Positions 60,021-64,000 of a stretch of 64,000 nt of DNA are shown here, one piece after another (the stretch's first letter is position 1; each line of letters begins with the position of its first letter). Made by a program: the position numbers and the translations under genes. Source of the stretch: Dipteris shenzhenensis (taxonomy: Eukaryota); the NCBI GenBank assembly GCA_047967505.1, contig CM106538.1, one strand, 5' to 3'. The notes under the pieces were generated by a model. It was not told the origin of the DNA. It worked only from the letters and a program-made list of their open reading frames with translations, and did no database searches.

Positions 60021-60875
60021 CTTGGCATCATCAACCCTTTTATGTAGTTCCTGTACATCGTCTTTGGTATGCAATCTTTGGAACATTTGTAACAATCATT
60101 CTCGATCAACACCCTCTCTAAGACTGGATAAGTCAGCTTCCATCTTGTTCATCTCTGTGCACTTGGATTTTACTCTTTACAAGTCCCAGCTAGCAATCTC
60201 AAGAATCTGGCGTTTCTCATCAAGTGCTGACTTCAGACATCCCAACCTAATCTCAGCTGCACTTGTCATTCCAATGCCATCTTTCTATTTTTTTTGGAAT
60301 TCTAGGCTCATATAAAACAAATTTTTCACTGATGTTGTGGAAATGACAGGTTTTACATTGGGTGAAGGGAACACACCATGTAAAGATCTCATATTCTCTT
60401 CACACCTCTTGCGCTTTGCACCTAGATGCCCTCGGACCTCATAATGTTCCATTGCACTCTCCGCAAATGGAGCCCATGCAATGGTGAAAGGCTACATGTC
60501 CTCAGCTCTTTGCACTGACTTGTAGTTCTCCAAGGCAAAGGACTTTGCAAAAAATAGCCCGATTTCATAATTGGGTAGCTCCTCTTGATAGACTTCATAG
60601 TGACGCCACACAAGCTTCTCGATAAACTCATCATGTACATGATATGACTTTATTTTCTTTTGCCCAAAAATTGGTTTGGGACATGCAAATACAGACTCCC
60701 AGTCTGCAAGACTGATGTCTTTTGAACCTGTTCGTATCTCCTTTGGATCAATTCCAACCATACTGAGCCCATACTCCTCATTAAACTCCCATGCATACCG
60801 GCAAATTTTCTTTTGTACTGGGACCTGCACTTGTGATATCTTCTTAGATGCCTTGCGAGCTGCAATAGCTGCCAT
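60021..60875 (-). pseudogene. Exon of an unknown TE-associated gene
   Basis: ORF 60492-60908 continues past stops to a GTGAG splice donor near 60020. Confidence 0.4.
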
Positions 60876-60904
60876 GATCTTTGCAAAGATAGAAATAATA
60901 AAAG

Positions 60905-62000
60905 TCAATATGATTCATTATGATTCACTGCATGATCAATAGCCAATAATATATTTAGAATGACGTCTTCTATGTTCCTTCCATATACAAAACCATATTG
61001 TCTGGCATGCACCACCCTACTCAGAATATGCTTAATTCTATGGGCCAAATCCTTGACCATAACTTTGCACACACAATTGAGCATCGATAAAGGTCTCCAA
61101 CGACATGGTAACCATCTATTCAGCTCCTTAGGAATGAGCTTTATCATACCCATATTAAGACTCTGAGGCATCACACCTCTTTGAAAGCACCAGTTAATTA
61201 CTTCCATCATATCCTCCACAAGTTATATTGATAGAACTCAATAGGCATACTACTAGGCCCAAGTGACTTACCTCTAATGATAGAGAACACAAGATATTTG
61301 ATCTCAGCTGAAGAAGGGCCTTTGCAACAATAGAGCCTCATAAGGCATCACCACCTATCATGCAAATTGCTTGGGAATGCATCCAGCTTTACCTTGTAAT
61401 TTGTGCTTTCAACTGACCTAGTACCCGCAATGCTAGATAAATGCTACATGAAAATCCCAGCTATTTTTGACTCCTCATACACTAGATTGCCCTCAGCATA
61501 CTTTTCTCTCTAACTGCTCTAAAGAAGAATGCCGACAGTGTGTCACCTTCTTGAAGCCACTTTGAACCTTAACTGTATCCAGCCTAGCATGCTCTATAGC
61601 TCTCAACAAAAGCTCAACCGAGGAAAGCAATGAAGGAAAAATAGGATCCAATGGATTCTCAGCAATAGTCAACAACAATTACAAGCTCACCTTCGCCTTC
61701 CCTTGTCTCCTCATTCTTCCTGCTCTCTCTTCCCCAAAATCTTTAGCAATCTTAGTAACCATTTCAATACAAGCACTCCATCTATTGAAAGGTCTCGAAT
61801 GGCATACTTCTTACATGCTCTATAGCTCTCAAGAAAATCTCAATTGAGAAAAGCAACGAAGGAAAAATAGGATCCAATGGATTCTCAGCAATAGTACATG
61901 ATGACCAGACTACACATGCAGACCCAAACAATAGACAGAGAGTCTATTTGCTACATTCTCACAATGCACAGCCTCAACACGCCATTGATCTCCCCTGAGC
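60905..62000 (-). mobile_element. Degenerate L1-like LINE RT fragment
   Basis: LNMGMIKLIPK..WRPLSMLN..QYGFVYGRNIED. Confidence 0.85.
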
Positions 62001-64000
62001 CAGAACCAAGCTTTCGACCTCTTGTGTTGGACTATCGATGTTGATGCTTCCCGGCTTCCATAAACTCTCCCAAGAAATATTTCAATTGATCGACCTAGGA
62101 ACATACGGAATGGGATGTGAACCCAATAAATCGAGGCTACCTGTGCCTTTGCCTCTACTATTTGGTGAGAATAGTGAACACTTCCTGAGTGGAAACATCT
62201 CTAATTTCATTGGACTCTTGGGAGGATCGAGACCCTTCTTTCGCCCTCTATGCCTACCCTTGCCAAATCGATTCAAAGCTCCCCTAAAGCAACCTTTCCT
62301 TTGTTCTCACATGTGCCTGCCTCATCTTGGCAACTGCCTCTCCGAATATAGCATTTACCTCTTCAGCAAATGTTTTCTTCTCCACCTGCACCACAAGGTC
62401 TACTATAGACACATTAGCAGGGGGCACCTATGATCTTGTCACCCATTGACATTGGGTAGCATCCCTCACTTCACCTATGAAGATGTTGGCATGATGTTGA
62501 GGGTGGCTTCTCTGGCCCTCCTCAAGTCCTTGTGTGTCTAGCATCTAGGAGATGCTAATCATTGGTGTAGAAGTGGGTTGTGGTTGATGACTCCTATGAG
62601 TGTGCATTCCATAAAACAAAAATGGGACAAAGATATTAGAGAAGCTATACTGTCATCGGATGGAAGCACATTGAAAGGGGTGATCAATTAGAGAAGCAGT
62701 CATGTTATCGAATGGAAGCACATTGAAAGGATGATCCACAAGAAGCCATTCGCCGCTTTGCACATTAGCATCAATGCAATTTTCATCGTACTTCTCATCT
62801 AAGACCTTTGCATATGTGGTGCAAGATGCCTCGTTAATGAGTGGTTCTTCAGATGGGCCTTTATAGATGAAGCCAGGTTGTTTGTGGTGCAAGATGCATT
62901 GCTAATGGCAATTATTCAGGGCTATATTTCATCTAATTCACCCCCACGACACAGGTGGAAATGGCACCCTTTCTAGGAGCAGCGCTCAAGACTTTTTTGG
63001 CTCTAGCAACAATGAGGTGCTTACCAACATCCTTGGCATCTACAAACAGTCATGTACCTTCAATGACCAATTCGATTTCCAAAAATCCGCATACACCAAA
63101 GGGCTTGCATGTTCATGAATTGATTAGAGCTAGCAATACCATTTCATCCATACGATGGCTGATTAAAGCATTAACATTGAGGATCACCATGTTGCCAATG
63201 GTCTAGGAAGAAGGAGTTGAGAGGATCATATGGGCACCAAAAAACCCAACATTGAAATGAAGGAAATGTTGCATAGTTGATTCAAGGAGTGGCAATACTC
63301 AATTTGCTATTTTGCATACAAGAAAGCATTTATACAGAGCTCTTGCATGTAGAGCATTGATGAGTGTGAAGGAAGGCTTCCATGGCCTAGATGAAAATTT
63401 GGTCAAGCATTAGCATTTGGCAGAGTCTAGAAAGGAAGGCTTCGATGGTGCGCATGACAATTTGACTGAGATAATAAAGAGAATTAAGTTAGTGGTAATA
63501 GACATAGGCCCCATCTATAGATATGGAGAAATTATCTGATCAATGAGGGTAGCAAGCTACGCTTTTTTAGGCAACATCCGATGTAAAAACATATTTATAT
63601 GTGGCTCAAGGAGAGCTTCAAATTTGAATAGATTGCATTATGCTACATGCCTAAAGCTTTCACAAAAATGATTCACACATTCTCCTCCTTCTTAATTGCT
63701 CCCTTTAAGCTTATATTACAATGGTATGTTTTGTCGTAACAACGGCTCAATGTGCTCCTGCCAATAGACTGGCAGATTGTGGGAGGTCCTAACCTAATCC
63801 TGGGATCTACGTGGGATGCCTTGCTATCGTGGGTGGCATTGATGATGTGGGTTGTCCTTCTAGCATGTCGTCGGATGACATAGTCTATCCTACGGCATGT
63901 CATCATGTCATTTTAATCTCCTTGAGATTAAATGATACATGCATGGAAGGCCTTGATTTGTGACATGTGTGTGGTTGTCTTTATGCATGGATGATCCATA

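Noticed and set aside
62000-64000. Short ORFs at the window end
   Set aside because: No diagnostic motifs; probably decayed repeat sequence.

Overview
Eukaryotic, AT-rich, transposon-dominated DNA, most likely from a seed-free land plant such as a fern (inferred from a PLS-PPR gene with a DYW:KP-type tail and a phi-class GST fragment). The only clear host gene is the PPR gene at 22997-25567. The standout is an 11.8-kb unit (5222-17064) bounded by a 30/32-bp inverted repeat and nested in a decayed Helentron-type Helitron. It encodes four intron-containing genes in two convergent pairs: (i) an intact ~813-aa RAG1/Transib-like DDE transposase, (ii) an intact ~417-aa BAH-like protein, (iii) a histone H3-fold::Ulp1/SENP protease fusion carrying three in-frame stops in this copy, and (iv) a disrupted gene of unknown function. 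The rest of the window holds MITEs, L1-like LINE remnants, a very young but defective chromovirus with an aberrant 20-bp target duplication, a non-autonomous LTR element with stacked PPTs, a Penelope-like RT and a Sola2-like DNA transposon region with palindromic satellite introns and an FCP1/NIF phosphatase-like gene. All family calls and splice models come from motifs read by eye; no searches were run.
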